DNA of 64,000 bases from an uncultured Gammaproteobacteria bacterium (GTDB lineage: Bacteria > Patescibacteriota > Patescibacteriia > SG8-24 > DYFX01). The notes under the pieces are model-generated. The model worked only from the letters and a program-made list of their open reading frames with translations. It did no database searches and had not been told where the DNA came from. The stretch is from the NCBI GenBank assembly GCA_964404275.1, contig CAYOJH010000002.1, positions 19,042 to 83,041 on the forward strand, read 5' to 3'. Of the stretch, positions 37,270 through 46,888 are shown piece by piece. Position 1 is the first letter of the stretch, and the number at the start of each line of letters is the position of its first letter. Both the position numbers and the translations under genes were made by a program.

Positions 37270-39072
37270 ATGACCACGAATGAAATCCGCTCGAAATTCC
37301 TGGATTTTTTCAAAGAAAAGGGCCACGCGATCATCCCTTCGGCCTCTTTGATTCCCGAAAACGATCCGACGGTGCTGTTCACGACGGCGGGCATGCATCC
37401 GCTCGTGCCATACCTGCTCGGCGAACCGCATCCGGCCGGCCGGCGCTTGGCCGACGTGCAGAAGTGCGTCCGCACCGGCGACATCGACGAAGTCGGCGAC
37501 AACCGCCACCTCACGTTTTTTGAGATGCTCGGCAACTGGTCGCTCGGCGATTACTTCAAGCGCGAGGCGATCACCTGGTCGTTCGAATTCCTGACCTCGC
37601 CGCGCTGGTTGAATCTCGATCCAGGACGCATCTACGTCACCGTCTTCGAAGGCGATGCCGATGCGCCGCGCGACTTGGAATCCGTCGCGATCTGGCAGGA
37701 CGCGTACCAAACGCGCGGCATTGAAGCGCGCTTCAACGAGCGCATCTTCGCCTATCCGAAAGACAAGAACTGGTGGGGACCGGCCGGCATGACCGGTCCG
37801 TGCGGTCCCGACACGGAAATTTTTTGGGACACCGGCCGTCAGCACGATCCGCGCCACGGCGCCGAGTGCCATCCGAACTGCGACTGCGGACGCTTCATCG
37901 AGATCTGGAACAACGTCTTCATGGAGTACAACAAGTCGGCGGCGGGCGCCTTCGAGCCGCTCGCGCAGAAGAACGTTGACACCGGCATGGGTCTGGAACG
38001 CGTCGTGGCGGTGCTGCAAGGCAAGTCGACGGTCTTCGACACGGAAAATTTTCAGGAGATGCTGGCCGCCGCCGGCGCGATCTGCGGCAAGACGTACGGC
38101 AAAAATGAAGACGACGACCGCGCCATGCGTATCGTCGTCGATCACGTCCGCACGGCCGTCTTCATGATCGGCGATCCGCGCGGCATCACGCCGTCGAACG
38201 TCGATCAGGGCTACATCCTGCGCCGCTTGATCCGCCGCGCCGTTCGTTATGGACGCCAGCTCGGCATCGAAGGCTTCTTCACGTCCAAAATCGCCGAGAA
38301 GGTGATCGAACTTTTCCGCGACGCGTATCCCGAGCTTGAAAAGAACCGCGATCGCGTGATCGGCGAACTCGACGCCGAAGAGGACAAATTCATGCGCACG
38401 CTCCAGAACGGCCTGCGCGAAGTCGAGAAGGTCAAGAAAGACCTGGAAGCCTCGCCGACCATTCCGGGCGAGACGGCCTTCTATTTGTACGAATCGTTCG
38501 GCTTTCCGAAAGAATTGACCGAGGAAACCGTCGGAAAGAAGGTGGACGAAGCCGAATGGCAAAAAGCCATGAAGGCCCACCAGGACCTTTCGCGCCAAGG
38601 CGCCGAGAAGAAGTTCAAGGGCGGCTTGGCGGACCACTCCTGGGAGACGACGCGCCTTCACACCGCCACGCATCTTTTGCATAAAGCGCTCCGCAACGTC
38701 CTCGGCGCGCACGTCGAGCAGAAAGGCTCCAACATCACCGCCGAGCGTCTGCGTTTCGATTTCTCGCATCCGAACAAGATGACGCCGGAAGAACTCAAGA
38801 ACGTCGAAGACATGGTCAACGAGGCCATCGTCCGCGATCTCCCCGTCCACTTCGAAGAGATGACCGTCGGCGAAGCCAAGCGCGGGGGAGCGATCGGCCT
38901 GTTCGAAGACCGTTACGGCGACAAGGTCAAAGTCTACGTCGTCGGCGATTATTCCAAGGAAATCTGCGGCGGCCCGCACGTCCAGCACACGGCCCAGCTC
39001 GGACGCTTCAAAATCTTGAAGGAGGAAGCGTCGTCGGCCGGCGTGCGCCGCATTAAAGCGATCGTTGAATGA
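37270..39072 (+). CDS. alaS: Alanine--tRNA ligase, short form lacking the C-Ala domain
   Basis: [45 protein letters not shown]...CGGPH editing motif; ends at GVRRIKA. Confidence 0.95.
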   Translation: MTTNEIRSKFLDFFKEKGHAIIPSASLIPENDPTVLFTTAGMHPLVPYLLGEPHPAGRRLADVQKCVRTGDIDEVGDNRHLTFFEMLGNWSLGDYFKREAITWSFEFLTSPRWLNLDPGRIYVTVFEGDADAPRDLESVAIWQDAYQTRGIEARFNERIFAYPKDKNWWGPAGMTGPCGPDTEIFWDTGRQHDPRHGAECHPNCDCGRFIEIWNNVFMEYNKSAAGAFEPLAQKNVDTGMGLERVVAVLQGKSTVFDTENFQEMLAAAGAICGKTYGKNEDDDRAMRIVVDHVRTAVFMIGDPRGITPSNVDQGYILRRLIRRAVRYGRQLGIEGFFTSKIAEKVIELFRDAYPELEKNRDRVIGELDAEEDKFMRTLQNGLREVEKVKKDLEASPTIPGETAFYLYESFGFPKELTEETVGKKVDEAEWQKAMKAHQDLSRQGAEKKFKGGLADHSWETTRLHTATHLLHKALRNVLGAHVEQKGSNITAERLRFDFSHPNKMTPEELKNVEDMVNEAIVRDLPVHFEEMTVGEAKRGGAIGLFEDRYGDKVKVYVVGDYSKEICGGPHVQHTAQLGRFKILKEEASSAGVRRIKAIVE

Positions 39073-40034
39073 AATCCTATCTCGTCACCGGCGCCGCGGG
39101 CTTCATCGGCTTCCATGTCGCGAAGCGCCTGCTCGAGCGCGGCGACGCCGTGATCGGGCTCGATAATTTGAACGATTACTACGACGTTTCCTTGAAGGAA
39201 GCGCGTTTGGCGCGCCTGGCGCATCCGCACTTCCGTTTTGAAAAACTCGATATCGCCGATCGTGAAGGCATGAAGCGTTTTTTTGAAAAAGCCTCTTTTG
39301 ACGTCGTGATCCACCTGGCCGCGCAGGCCGGCGTGCGCCATTCGCTGACGCATCCCGAGTCGTACATCGACAGCAACCTGGTCGGCTTCGGCAACATCCT
39401 CGAGGGCTGCCGCCACAAAAAGGTCGCGCACCTGGTCTACGCCTCGTCGAGTTCCGTTTACGGCGGCAACACCGAGATGCCCTTCTCGACCTCGCAGAAC
39501 GTCGATCATCCGCTCAGCCTGTACGCGGCCACCAAGAAAGCCAACGAGCTCATGGCGCACGTCTACAGCCACCTCTACGCGCTGCCGACGACCGGCCTGC
39601 GTTTCTTCACCGTCTACGGTCCGTGGGGGCGTCCCGACATGGCGATGTTCTCTTTCACCAAAGCGATCCTCGAAGGCAAGCCGATCGACGTCTTCAATCA
39701 CGGCAAGATGCAGCGCGATTTCACCTACATCGACGACATCGCCGAGGGCGTGATCCGCGCAGCCGACCATCTGCCGGCGGGGGAGCCGCCCTACAAAATC
39801 TACAACATCGGCAACAACGCGCCGGTCGAGCTCGGTCATTTCATCGCCACGATCGAGAAAGCGCTCGGACGGGAAGCCAAGAAGAATTTCCTGCCGATGC
39901 AGCCCGGCGACGTGCCGGCCACCTACGCCGACGTGGACGACCTGATGCGCGACGTCGGCTTCAAACCCGCCACGCCGATCGAAGAAGGCGTTGACAAATT
40001 CGTCGCGTGGTACAAAGAATACTATCGTCCATAG
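39069..40034 (+). CDS. UDP-glucuronate 4-epimerase (NAD-dependent epimerase)
   Basis: [54 protein letters not shown]. Confidence 0.9.
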   Translation: MKSYLVTGAAGFIGFHVAKRLLERGDAVIGLDNLNDYYDVSLKEARLARLAHPHFRFEKLDIADREGMKRFFEKASFDVVIHLAAQAGVRHSLTHPESYIDSNLVGFGNILEGCRHKKVAHLVYASSSSVYGGNTEMPFSTSQNVDHPLSLYAATKKANELMAHVYSHLYALPTTGLRFFTVYGPWGRPDMAMFSFTKAILEGKPIDVFNHGKMQRDFTYIDDIAEGVIRAADHLPAGEPPYKIYNIGNNAPVELGHFIATIEKALGREAKKNFLPMQPGDVPATYADVDDLMRDVGFKPATPIEEGVDKFVAWYKEYYRP

Positions 40035-40042
40035 GAGGTCCG

Positions 40043-40417
40043 ATGCGGTTCTTTAAAACAGCGTCCTTGCTCACGTTCGCGTTCGCCGGGATCTGGCTCT
40101 TCCTGTGTTGGGATCTGATGATCGAAACGAGGGACATCCGAATCCTGCTCATTGCGGCCGTGCCGTCCGCTCCTGCGCTCCTCGGCCTGGTCGGGTGTGT
40201 CCTGTACGAGCGTTTCCGCGCGCCAGATGTTATCATCCGGGTGGCGCTCAAGCCGCTGCCCGAACGCTTCCTGCTTCAGGAACAGCGCCTCGAACAGCGG
40301 GAGCGGCTCAGGAAGCAGCTCTTCGATCTCAACTGCGAGATCGAGACCTTCAACGCCAACCTCGCGCCCGATGAACGCAAGGCCTGGAGGCATCGTCCAG
40401 GTCCCTACGGCAAGTGA
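40043..40417 (+). CDS. Hypothetical 2-TM protein with coiled-coil tail
   Basis: AGGAGG SD; two hydrophobic segments; terminator follows. Confidence 0.6.
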   Translation: MRFFKTASLLTFAFAGIWLFLCWDLMIETRDIRILLIAAVPSAPALLGLVGCVLYERFRAPDVIIRVALKPLPERFLLQEQRLEQRERLRKQLFDLNCEIETFNANLAPDERKAWRHRPGPYGK

Positions 40418-40418
40418 T

Positions 40419-40442
40419 CCGCCTTATTTAGGGCGGTTTTTT
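40419..40442 (+). terminator. Intrinsic terminator
   Basis: CCGCCTT-attt-AGGGCGG followed by TTTTTT. Confidence 0.75.
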
Positions 40443-40459
40443 CGTCCGTGAGGCCGCCC

Positions 40460-40488
40460 TTGACGCGTTCGGGCCGTTTTGTTAGACT
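40460..40488 (+). promoter_or_regulatory. Sigma70 promoter of the infA-alpha operon
   Basis: TTGACG-N17-TAGACT with extended TG. Confidence 0.7.
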
Positions 40489-40578
40489 TTCCGCAAGCAA
40501 AGTCCCCGCCTGGCGACTTGCGTCATTTTTTGGTTCGGATTAGACTATCCGACACTTCAATAATTCTTGACGAGCAGA

Positions 40579-40815
40579 ATGCAGAATAACGGATCAGGAG
40601 GAGTGGGGAAGGATTTCATCGAAGCCGCCGGCGTCGTTGAAGAGCTTCTCCCCGCCACGACCTTTAAAGTGAAGCTCGAAAGCGGACACAGCATCCTGGC
40701 CCACCTCTCGGGCAAGATGCGCATGAACCGCATCCGTCTCCTTCCCGGAGACCGCGTCAAAATCGAGATGACGCCGTACGATCTCACCAAAGGCCGCATC
40801 GTCTACCGTTTCTAA
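40579..40815 (+). CDS. infA: Translation initiation factor IF-1
   Basis: G.V.E.LP...[11 protein letters not shown]...[18 protein letters not shown]. Confidence 0.96.
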   Translation: MQNNGSGGVGKDFIEAAGVVEELLPATTFKVKLESGHSILAHLSGKMRMNRIRLLPGDRVKIEMTPYDLTKGRIVYRF

Positions 40816-40836
40816 CGCTCGTCATCAACGTCTCGC

Positions 40837-40953
40837 ATGAAAGTCCGCTCGTCCGTCAAAAAAATCTGCCGCGACTGCACGGTCATCCGCCGCAAGCGCC
40901 GCGTCATGATCATCTGCGAAAAGAACCCTAAGCATAAGCAGCGCCAGGGCTAA
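40837..40953 (+). CDS. rpmJ: 50S ribosomal protein L36 (absent from ORF track)
   Basis: Hand translation [38 protein letters not shown]; zinc-binding C+ form. Confidence 0.96.
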   Translation: MKVRSSVKKICRDCTVIRRKRRVMIICEKNPKHKQRQG

Positions 40954-40962
40954 TTTGACTTT

Positions 40963-41352
40963 ATGGCACGTATCGCAGGCGTTACCCTCCCGAACAACAA
41001 GCGCGTGATCATCGCCCTGACCTACGTCTACGGCATCGGCAAGACGCAGGCCAAGAAGATCATCGAAAAGACCGGCGTGAATCCGGACACGCGCGTCAAG
41101 GATCTTCCCGAAGCGGAAGCCAACAAGCTCCGCGACCACATCGAGAAGACCATGAAGGTCGAAGGCGAGCTCCGCCGCGACACGCTGGCGCAAATCAAGC
41201 GGCTCCGCGAAATCGGCTCCTACCGCGGCACGCGTCACGCCAAGAACCTGCCGGCCCGCGGCCAGCGCACCAAGACCAACTCCCGCACCACGCGCGGCAA
41301 TGTCCGCAAGACGATGGGCTCCGGCCGCGTCAAAGCGGGCATGAAGACCTAA
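40963..41352 (+). CDS. rpsM: 30S ribosomal protein S13
   Basis: [21 protein letters not shown]...[10 protein letters not shown]. Confidence 0.98.
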   Translation: MARIAGVTLPNNKRVIIALTYVYGIGKTQAKKIIEKTGVNPDTRVKDLPEAEANKLRDHIEKTMKVEGELRRDTLAQIKRLREIGSYRGTRHAKNLPARGQRTKTNSRTTRGNVRKTMGSGRVKAGMKT

Positions 41353-41373
41353 TCCGCCTCGACGTAAACCTTT

Positions 41374-41829
41374 ATGGAAGAAACCACGAACGTCATCGCC
41401 CCGGCCGAGGCCGACGCGAAGACGGAAGAAGGGAAGAAGTCCAAGGCGGCTCCTCGCAAGAAGACCAAGAAAACGGTCCGCCAGGTCTCCCACGGCCGCT
41501 GCTACGTGCAGGCGACCTACAACAACACGATCGTCACCCTGACCGACGCGAACGGCAACGTGCTGGCCTGGTCGTCCGCCGGCAAAGTCGGCTTCAGTGG
41601 CCCGAAGAAGTCCACGCCGTACGCCGCCTCGATGATCATCAAGGACGTCACCGAAAAGGTGAAGGATACCGGACTCAAAGACGTCAACGTCTTCGTCAAA
41701 GGCATCGGCTCCGGCCGCGAATCCGCGGTCCGCGCCTTGAACGCCAACGGCATCAACGTGCTCTCGATCAAAGACGTCACCCCGATTCCTCATAACGGCT
41801 GCCGGCCGCCGAAACCGCGCCGCGTGTAA
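41374..41829 (+). CDS. rpsK: 30S ribosomal protein S11
   Basis: [34 protein letters not shown]. Confidence 0.98.
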   Translation: MEETTNVIAPAEADAKTEEGKKSKAAPRKKTKKTVRQVSHGRCYVQATYNNTIVTLTDANGNVLAWSSAGKVGFSGPKKSTPYAASMIIKDVTEKVKDTGLKDVNVFVKGIGSGRESAVRALNANGINVLSIKDVTPIPHNGCRPPKPRRV

Positions 41830-41832
41830 CCT

Positions 41833-42462
41833 ATGGGACGCAATACCGAACCCAAATGCAAACAGTGCCGGCGCGAAGGCGAGAAGCTCTATCTCAAAGG
41901 TGAGAAGTGCCTCGGTCCGAAGTGCCCGGTCACCCGCCGCGCGTTCCCTCCGGGCCAGCACGGTCCGACTTCCCGCGCCAAAATCACGCCGTTCGGCGTG
42001 CAGCTGCGCCAGAAGCAGAAGGCCAAGCGCATCTACGGCCTGATGGAAAAGCAATTCGAGAACTACTTCGTGAAAGCCGCCAGCCGCAAGGGCGACACCG
42101 GCGTCTTCCTGAAACAGTTCCTGGAAATGCGCTTCGACAACGTCGTCTACCGCCTCGGTTTCGCCAAGAGCCGCGCCCAGGCCCGCCAGATGGTCGGCCA
42201 CGGCCTGCTCACGGTCAACGGCAAGTCGGTCGACATCCCGTCGTACCAGCTCCGCGCCGGCGACATCGTCGCCATCAAGGAAAACAAGATCCACAAAGGC
42301 GCCTTCAAGGAACTGAAAGACCGCCTCTCCAAGCATCAGACCCCGGGCTGGCTCACGACCGACGCCGCCAACGCCACGGGCAAGATCATCAACCGCCCGA
42401 CGGCCGAAGAGCTCGAACAGAGCTTCGACGCCAAGCTGATCGTCGAATTCTACTCTCGCTAA
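41833..42462 (+). CDS. rpsD: 30S ribosomal protein S4 (zinc-binding form)
   Basis: CKQCRREG, PGQHG, E.R.DNVVYRLG, ARQ.V.HG, VEFYSR. Confidence 0.98.
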   Translation: MGRNTEPKCKQCRREGEKLYLKGEKCLGPKCPVTRRAFPPGQHGPTSRAKITPFGVQLRQKQKAKRIYGLMEKQFENYFVKAASRKGDTGVFLKQFLEMRFDNVVYRLGFAKSRAQARQMVGHGLLTVNGKSVDIPSYQLRAGDIVAIKENKIHKGAFKELKDRLSKHQTPGWLTTDAANATGKIINRPTAEELEQSFDAKLIVEFYSR

Positions 42463-42535
42463 TCCTTGGTCCGTCCCAGTGCCGCGCGGCGATTGCTGAT
42501 CTGTCGCGTCGCGTGCCGCAGGACTCCCAACCACT

Positions 42536-43351
42536 ATGGAAGACATTCTTCTTCCGTCGAAGATCGAAATCACTCCGACCGGGCGCGACAACGAGTCGAT
42601 GCTCGTCATGGAGCCGTTCTTCCACGGCTACGGCCACACGGTCGGCAACGCCCTTCGCCGGGTCTTGCTCTCGTCCCTCCAGGGCGCCGCGGTCATCGCC
42701 GTGAAGATCAAAGGCGCGTCGCACGAGTTCCAGGCCATCCCGAACGTCAAGGAAGACGTCCTCGAGATCATCCTGAACCTCAAGCAGCTCCGCCTGAAGG
42801 TGTTCTCCGATGAGCCGGTCAAGCTGACGCTTCACGCCAAAGGCGAGAAGAAAGTCACGGGCAAAGACATCCTGCCGAACTCGGACGTGGAAGTCGCCAA
42901 CCCGAACATGCACATCGCGACGCTCACGGACAAGTCCGGCGAGCTCGAAATGGAGATCACCGTGGCCAAGGGCCGCGGCTACGTCCCGACCGAGGAGCGC
43001 GGCAAGGAGCGCGGCGAACTCGGCACGATCGCCATCGACGCCCTCTACAGCCCGATCCGCTCGGTCGGCTACAAGGTGGACGACGTCCGCGTCGGCCAGA
43101 TCACCAACTTCGACAAGCTGACGCTCACGATCGAGACCGACGGCACGGTGGACGCCGACGAGGCCATCCGCTCGTCCGCTAAAATCCTGATCGACCACTT
43201 CGGTCTTCTGACCGGCCTCGCGGCCGGCGAGGCTCCGGCCAAGGCCGAAGCCGCCGAAGAAGCCTCCGGAGAAGCCGGAGAGGAATCGTCCGAACCCTCC
43301 GCCGACGGAGAAGAGAAGCCCAAGAAAAAGAAGGCTTCCAAAAAGAAATAA
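42536..43351 (+). CDS. rpoA: RNA polymerase alpha subunit lacking the alpha-CTD
   Basis: G.T.GNALRRVLLSSL.G, EDV.EIILNLK, GRGYVP, IDA.YSP, RVGQ.T.FDKL; ends in acidic/Lys tail. Confidence 0.96.
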   Translation: MEDILLPSKIEITPTGRDNESMLVMEPFFHGYGHTVGNALRRVLLSSLQGAAVIAVKIKGASHEFQAIPNVKEDVLEIILNLKQLRLKVFSDEPVKLTLHAKGEKKVTGKDILPNSDVEVANPNMHIATLTDKSGELEMEITVAKGRGYVPTEERGKERGELGTIAIDALYSPIRSVGYKVDDVRVGQITNFDKLTLTIETDGTVDADEAIRSSAKILIDHFGLLTGLAAGEAPAKAEAAEEASGEAGEESSEPSADGEEKPKKKKASKKK

Positions 43352-43353
43352 GT

Positions 43354-43704
43354 ATGCGCCATCGCGTTAAAGGAGCCATCTTGAGCCGAACGAAAGGGCC
43401 GCGCACCGCGCTGCTCCGCAATTTGGCGACCTCCGTCGTCTTGTACGAGAAGGTCAGGACCACCAAGGCCAAGGCGAAATTCGTCCGCCCGCTGGTCGAG
43501 AAGGCGATCACGATCGGCCGCGTCGGAACGCTCGCGTCCCGCCGCCAGCTGCATACGATGTTCACCCTCGAAAACGCGATCAAGAAGATCGTCGAGGAAC
43601 TCGGCCCCAAGTACAAGGGCCGCTCCGGCGGTTACACGCGCATCACGCCGCTCAAGCGCCGCGAAGGCGACGCCGCCGAGATGGTCATGATCGAACTGGT
43701 TTAA
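43354..43704 (+). CDS. rplQ: 50S ribosomal protein L17
   Basis: MRHR, TT.AKAK..RP.VEK.IT, R.GGYTRI. Confidence 0.97.
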   Translation: MRHRVKGAILSRTKGPRTALLRNLATSVVLYEKVRTTKAKAKFVRPLVEKAITIGRVGTLASRRQLHTMFTLENAIKKIVEELGPKYKGRSGGYTRITPLKRREGDAAEMVMIELV

Positions 43705-43705
43705 T

Positions 43706-44071
43706 ATGCCGAGCACTTCCATCACCCGCAAAGCCGTCGAACTCGACGCCGCCGGACAGTCCGTCGGCCGCTTGGCGACGCAGATCGCGCGCATTTTGAT
43801 CGGCAAGCACAAGGCGACCTACACGCCGAACGTCGACGCCGGCGACACCGTCCGCGTCAAGAACGCGCACAAGCTCGTCCTGACCGGCAACAAGCAGGAA
43901 ACGAAACTCTACTACCACTACTCGCAGTATCCGGGCGGCATGAAAACCCGCGAAGCCAAGACCTTGATGGTCAAGGACCCGGGCAAGATCCTCCGCTACG
44001 CCGTCGATCGCATGCTCCCGAAGAACACGCTGCGCGCTCGTCGCATCAAGCGCCTGACGATCATCAAATAA
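43706..44071 (+). CDS. rplM: 50S ribosomal protein L13 (short)
   Basis: DA.G..VGRLA, GKHK..YTP.VD.GD, YPGG.K, MLPKN. Confidence 0.96.
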   Translation: MPSTSITRKAVELDAAGQSVGRLATQIARILIGKHKATYTPNVDAGDTVRVKNAHKLVLTGNKQETKLYYHYSQYPGGMKTREAKTLMVKDPGKILRYAVDRMLPKNTLRARRIKRLTIIK

Positions 44072-44076
44072 GCGCT

Positions 44077-44571
44077 ATGACGACGAAGAAAGAACCCGCC
44101 AAAAAGACCGCCGCCAAGCACGCTCCGGCCAAAGCCGAAGCGAAAGCGGCTTCGAAGAAGCAAGTGAAGCACGAAGCCACCGGCACGTACGTCTACGCGC
44201 TCGGCCGCCGCAAGCGCGGCGTCGCCCAGGTCCGCGTCTACCTCGCCGGCAAAGGCAGCGTCACCGTCAACTCGAAGCCGATGAAGGACTACTTCCCGGT
44301 CGACGAGCTCCAGGACGCCGTGCTGTCGCCGCTCAAGGCCGTCGGCATGGACGCGACCGCCGACGTGGTCGCTTCCGCCCACGGCGGCGGCATCCGCGGT
44401 CAAGCTGACGCCGTCAAGCTCGGCATCGCCCGCGCCCTCCTGGTCCACAACCCCGATTTCCGCGCCACCCTGAAACCCCTCGGCGTCCTGACCCGCGACC
44501 CCCGCGAAAAGGAACGCAAGAAGTACGGTCTCAAGAAAGCCCGCAAGTCCCCGCAGTGGGCGAAACGTTAA
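44077..44571 (+). CDS. rpsI: 30S ribosomal protein S9 with Lys/Ala-rich N-terminal extension
   Basis: GRRK..VA.VR, GGG..GQA.A, LTRD.R.KERKK.GLKKARK.PQ..KR. Confidence 0.97.
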   Translation: MTTKKEPAKKTAAKHAPAKAEAKAASKKQVKHEATGTYVYALGRRKRGVAQVRVYLAGKGSVTVNSKPMKDYFPVDELQDAVLSPLKAVGMDATADVVASAHGGGIRGQADAVKLGIARALLVHNPDFRATLKPLGVLTRDPREKERKKYGLKKARKSPQWAKR

Positions 44572-44579
44572 ACGCACCA

Positions 44580-44606
44580 GCTCCGCCGAAAGGCGGAGTT
44601 TTGGTT
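44580..44606 (+). terminator. Intrinsic terminator of the ribosomal operon
   Basis: CTCCGCC-gaaa-GGCGGAG followed by TTTT. Confidence 0.8.
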
Positions 44607-44640
44607 TAGAAAAAACCTTCACGCGCGGGGTCGTGCACCA

Positions 44641-44994
44641 TTACGGTGCACGGCGGGGCGGGAAGGTGGCGGAGGCGTACTTGAGGAGGGGAGCGAGGAG
44701 CGTGTCGAACTTGAAGACGATGTCCGGTTCGCTCGGCAGGAGCCAGATGCGGCTGACGGAGCGCTGGAGTTGCTTGCCGCCGACCAGGAACTGGATGTCC
44801 GCGTCGAGTCCGCGCTCGATGACCGAGCGGCTGCGGCGCATGACCGAGCCGTAGATCGTTTGGTTGGTCTTTCGCTGGAACTCGGCGTAGACATCAACGA
44901 GCTTCTGGATATCGGCGCGGTTCCAGCCCTTGCGCTCGAGGTGTTGGAGAACGCCGATCAGGATGTGCTCGCTGTTCGCGGCGAAGACCTTCAC
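44641..44994 (-). CDS. Small winged-helix-like protein, paralog 2 (GTG start)
   Basis: GTGA overlap with upstream paralog; shares KGW, KLVDVY, QR.T...IYGSV, QR.VSR, FPPR.AP. Confidence 0.65.
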   Translation of the reverse strand: MKVFAANSEHILIGVLQHLERKGWNRADIQKLVDVYAEFQRKTNQTIYGSVMRRSRSVIERGLDADIQFLVGGKQLQRSVSRIWLLPSEPDIVFKFDTLLAPLLKYASATFPPRRAP

Positions 44995-45350
44995 GGCGCG
45001 CTCCGCGGCGGAAAGATGACATCCGCATGTTTGATGAGCGTGCGGTAATGCGGGTGGAGCGTGAGCGAGGCCGCGGCCGGAAGGCCGAGCGTCGTGAGCT
45101 GCACGCGGCTTACCGTCCGTTGGACGAGCTGGCGATTCTCGAGATCCTTGAGATCCTGTACGAGATCGTCCTTGAGCGCGCCTCGCGTCGGATTCCGCAC
45201 GGAGCCGTAGATCACGGCGCCGGTGGCGCGCTGGTACGCATCGTACACGTCGACAAGCTTGTCGACGTCGAGAAGATCCCAGCCCTTTTTGCGCAGATCG
45301 AAGATCAGGGCGAACAGGACTTGATCGTGCGTCGTGGCAATGATCGGCAT
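44991..45350 (-). CDS. Small winged-helix-like protein, paralog 1
   Basis: GGAGG SD and TTGACG-N18-TATGCT promoter upstream; clear similarity to 44641-44994. Confidence 0.7.
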   Translation of the reverse strand: MPIIATTHDQVLFALIFDLRKKGWDLLDVDKLVDVYDAYQRATGAVIYGSVRNPTRGALKDDLVQDLKDLENRQLVQRTVSRVQLTTLGLPAAASLTLHPHYRTLIKHADVIFPPRSAP

Positions 45351-45447
45351 CCGAACCTCCGAATGGGTCCGGACTGAGCATAGCCATGACCGAGGCCGAC
45401 CGTCAAGGTTGATATTTTGCCTTGGAAATGGGAAAATAAAGGCGGAT

Positions 45448-46878
45448 ATGTCCGTCGCGCGGAACACCGCAACCCTGCTCGTCGCCTCGATTTTGCAGAA
45501 AATCCTGGCTTTCGCGTACTTCGCCGTGATCGCGCGGCTGGCCGGCGTGCACGATACCGGCACCTATTTCTTCGCGCTGTCGTGGACGCTGATGTTTTCG
45601 ATCGTGACGGATTTGGGATTGACCTCGGTCCTGATCCGCGAATCGGCTCGCGATCACGAGCGCGCGGAACACGTCTTGAATCAAGTGCTTTCGCTCAAGG
45701 CACCCCTCATCGCGCTCATGGCGATCGCCTCGATCGGCGCGGCCTACGTGACCGGCACGCGAGGAGTAGCGCTTCTGATGATCACGCTCGGCACGATCGT
45801 GCTGGCGCTCGATGCGACCTCCGTCACGTTTTACGGCCTGCTCCGCGGACACCACGTGCTCGTGTACGAAGGTATCGGCCTCGTGATCGGCCAATCGCTG
45901 ACGCTCGTGATCGGCGGCTTCCTGCTCGCGACGCACGCGCCGCTGTTCATGCTGATGTTCGCGATCGTCGCCGGCAGTTTTTGGAACGCCTGTGCGTCGT
46001 ATTACGTCGTCCGAACCAAGCTCAAGATCCATCCGCGCTTCGCTTGGAACCGCGCGCTCGCCAAGATGATCGTCAAGACCGCGATCCCGTTCGCGCTGGC
46101 GGGAGCGTTCGTGAAAATCTATACCAACATCGACGTCGTGCTGCTCACCAAGTTCGCGGGCGTGACGGCGGCCGGTCTTTACAGCGTGCCGTACAAGCTG
46201 ACCTTCGCGTTCCAATTCATCCCGCTCACCTTCACCGCGGCGCTCTATCCGGCCATGAGCCGGGCGTACGTCGAGGACAAGACCAAACTGGCCGACCTGT
46301 TCCACAAGGCGCTCTGGGCGCTCTCCATGATCGTCGCGCCGATTATCGCGGGGCTGGTCGCGCTCGGGCCGGAGATCGTCCGCGCGGTTTACGGCGCGGC
46401 CTATGCGCCGTCGATCCTGCCGACGCAGATCCTGATTTTCACGTTGATTTTCATCTTCCTCGATATCCCGATCGGCTCGCTCTTGAACGGTTCCGATCGA
46501 CAGGTCACGCAGACGACCTTGATGGGCGTCGCGATGCTCGTGTCGGTCATCTTGAACGTCGCGCTGATTCCCGTGATCGGCGTCATGGGCGCGGTCGCGG
46601 CCTCGCTCGTCAGCCATGCCGTGCTCTGTTTCGGCGGCTTGCACGCGATCGACAAGTTCCTCGCCTGGCCGCGTCTCCGATTCTTCGGCTTGGCGCTCAG
46701 GATCGCGCTCGCGGCCGGCGGCATGGGCGCGGTCGTCTGGCTCGCCAAGCCGCATCTCCCGCTGATCGCTTCGGTGCTCCTGGGCGGCCTGGCTTACGCC
46801 TTTTTTTCCTTCCTCTTCCGTACCGTCTCCGCGGACGATCTCCGCGATTTGACCGGACGGATTTTGAAACGCGCCTGA
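45448..46878 (+). CDS. Wzx/MOP-family flippase
   Basis: VARNT, ARL.G....G.Y, DLGL...LIRE, D.VLL, G.YS..YK; about 14 TM. Confidence 0.85.
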   Translation: MSVARNTATLLVASILQKILAFAYFAVIARLAGVHDTGTYFFALSWTLMFSIVTDLGLTSVLIRESARDHERAEHVLNQVLSLKAPLIALMAIASIGAAYVTGTRGVALLMITLGTIVLALDATSVTFYGLLRGHHVLVYEGIGLVIGQSLTLVIGGFLLATHAPLFMLMFAIVAGSFWNACASYYVVRTKLKIHPRFAWNRALAKMIVKTAIPFALAGAFVKIYTNIDVVLLTKFAGVTAAGLYSVPYKLTFAFQFIPLTFTAALYPAMSRAYVEDKTKLADLFHKALWALSMIVAPIIAGLVALGPEIVRAVYGAAYAPSILPTQILIFTLIFIFLDIPIGSLLNGSDRQVTQTTLMGVAMLVSVILNVALIPVIGVMGAVAASLVSHAVLCFGGLHAIDKFLAWPRLRFFGLALRIALAAGGMGAVVWLAKPHLPLIASVLLGGLAYAFFSFLFRTVSADDLRDLTGRILKRA

Positions 46879-46888
46879 ATTCCATCGC

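Noticed and set aside
43240-43310. GCCGAAG/GAAGCC repeats in the rpoA tail as further REP-like copies
   Set aside because: Only short matches, explained by Ala/Glu codons; they lack the CCTTCGC..GCT.CGG core
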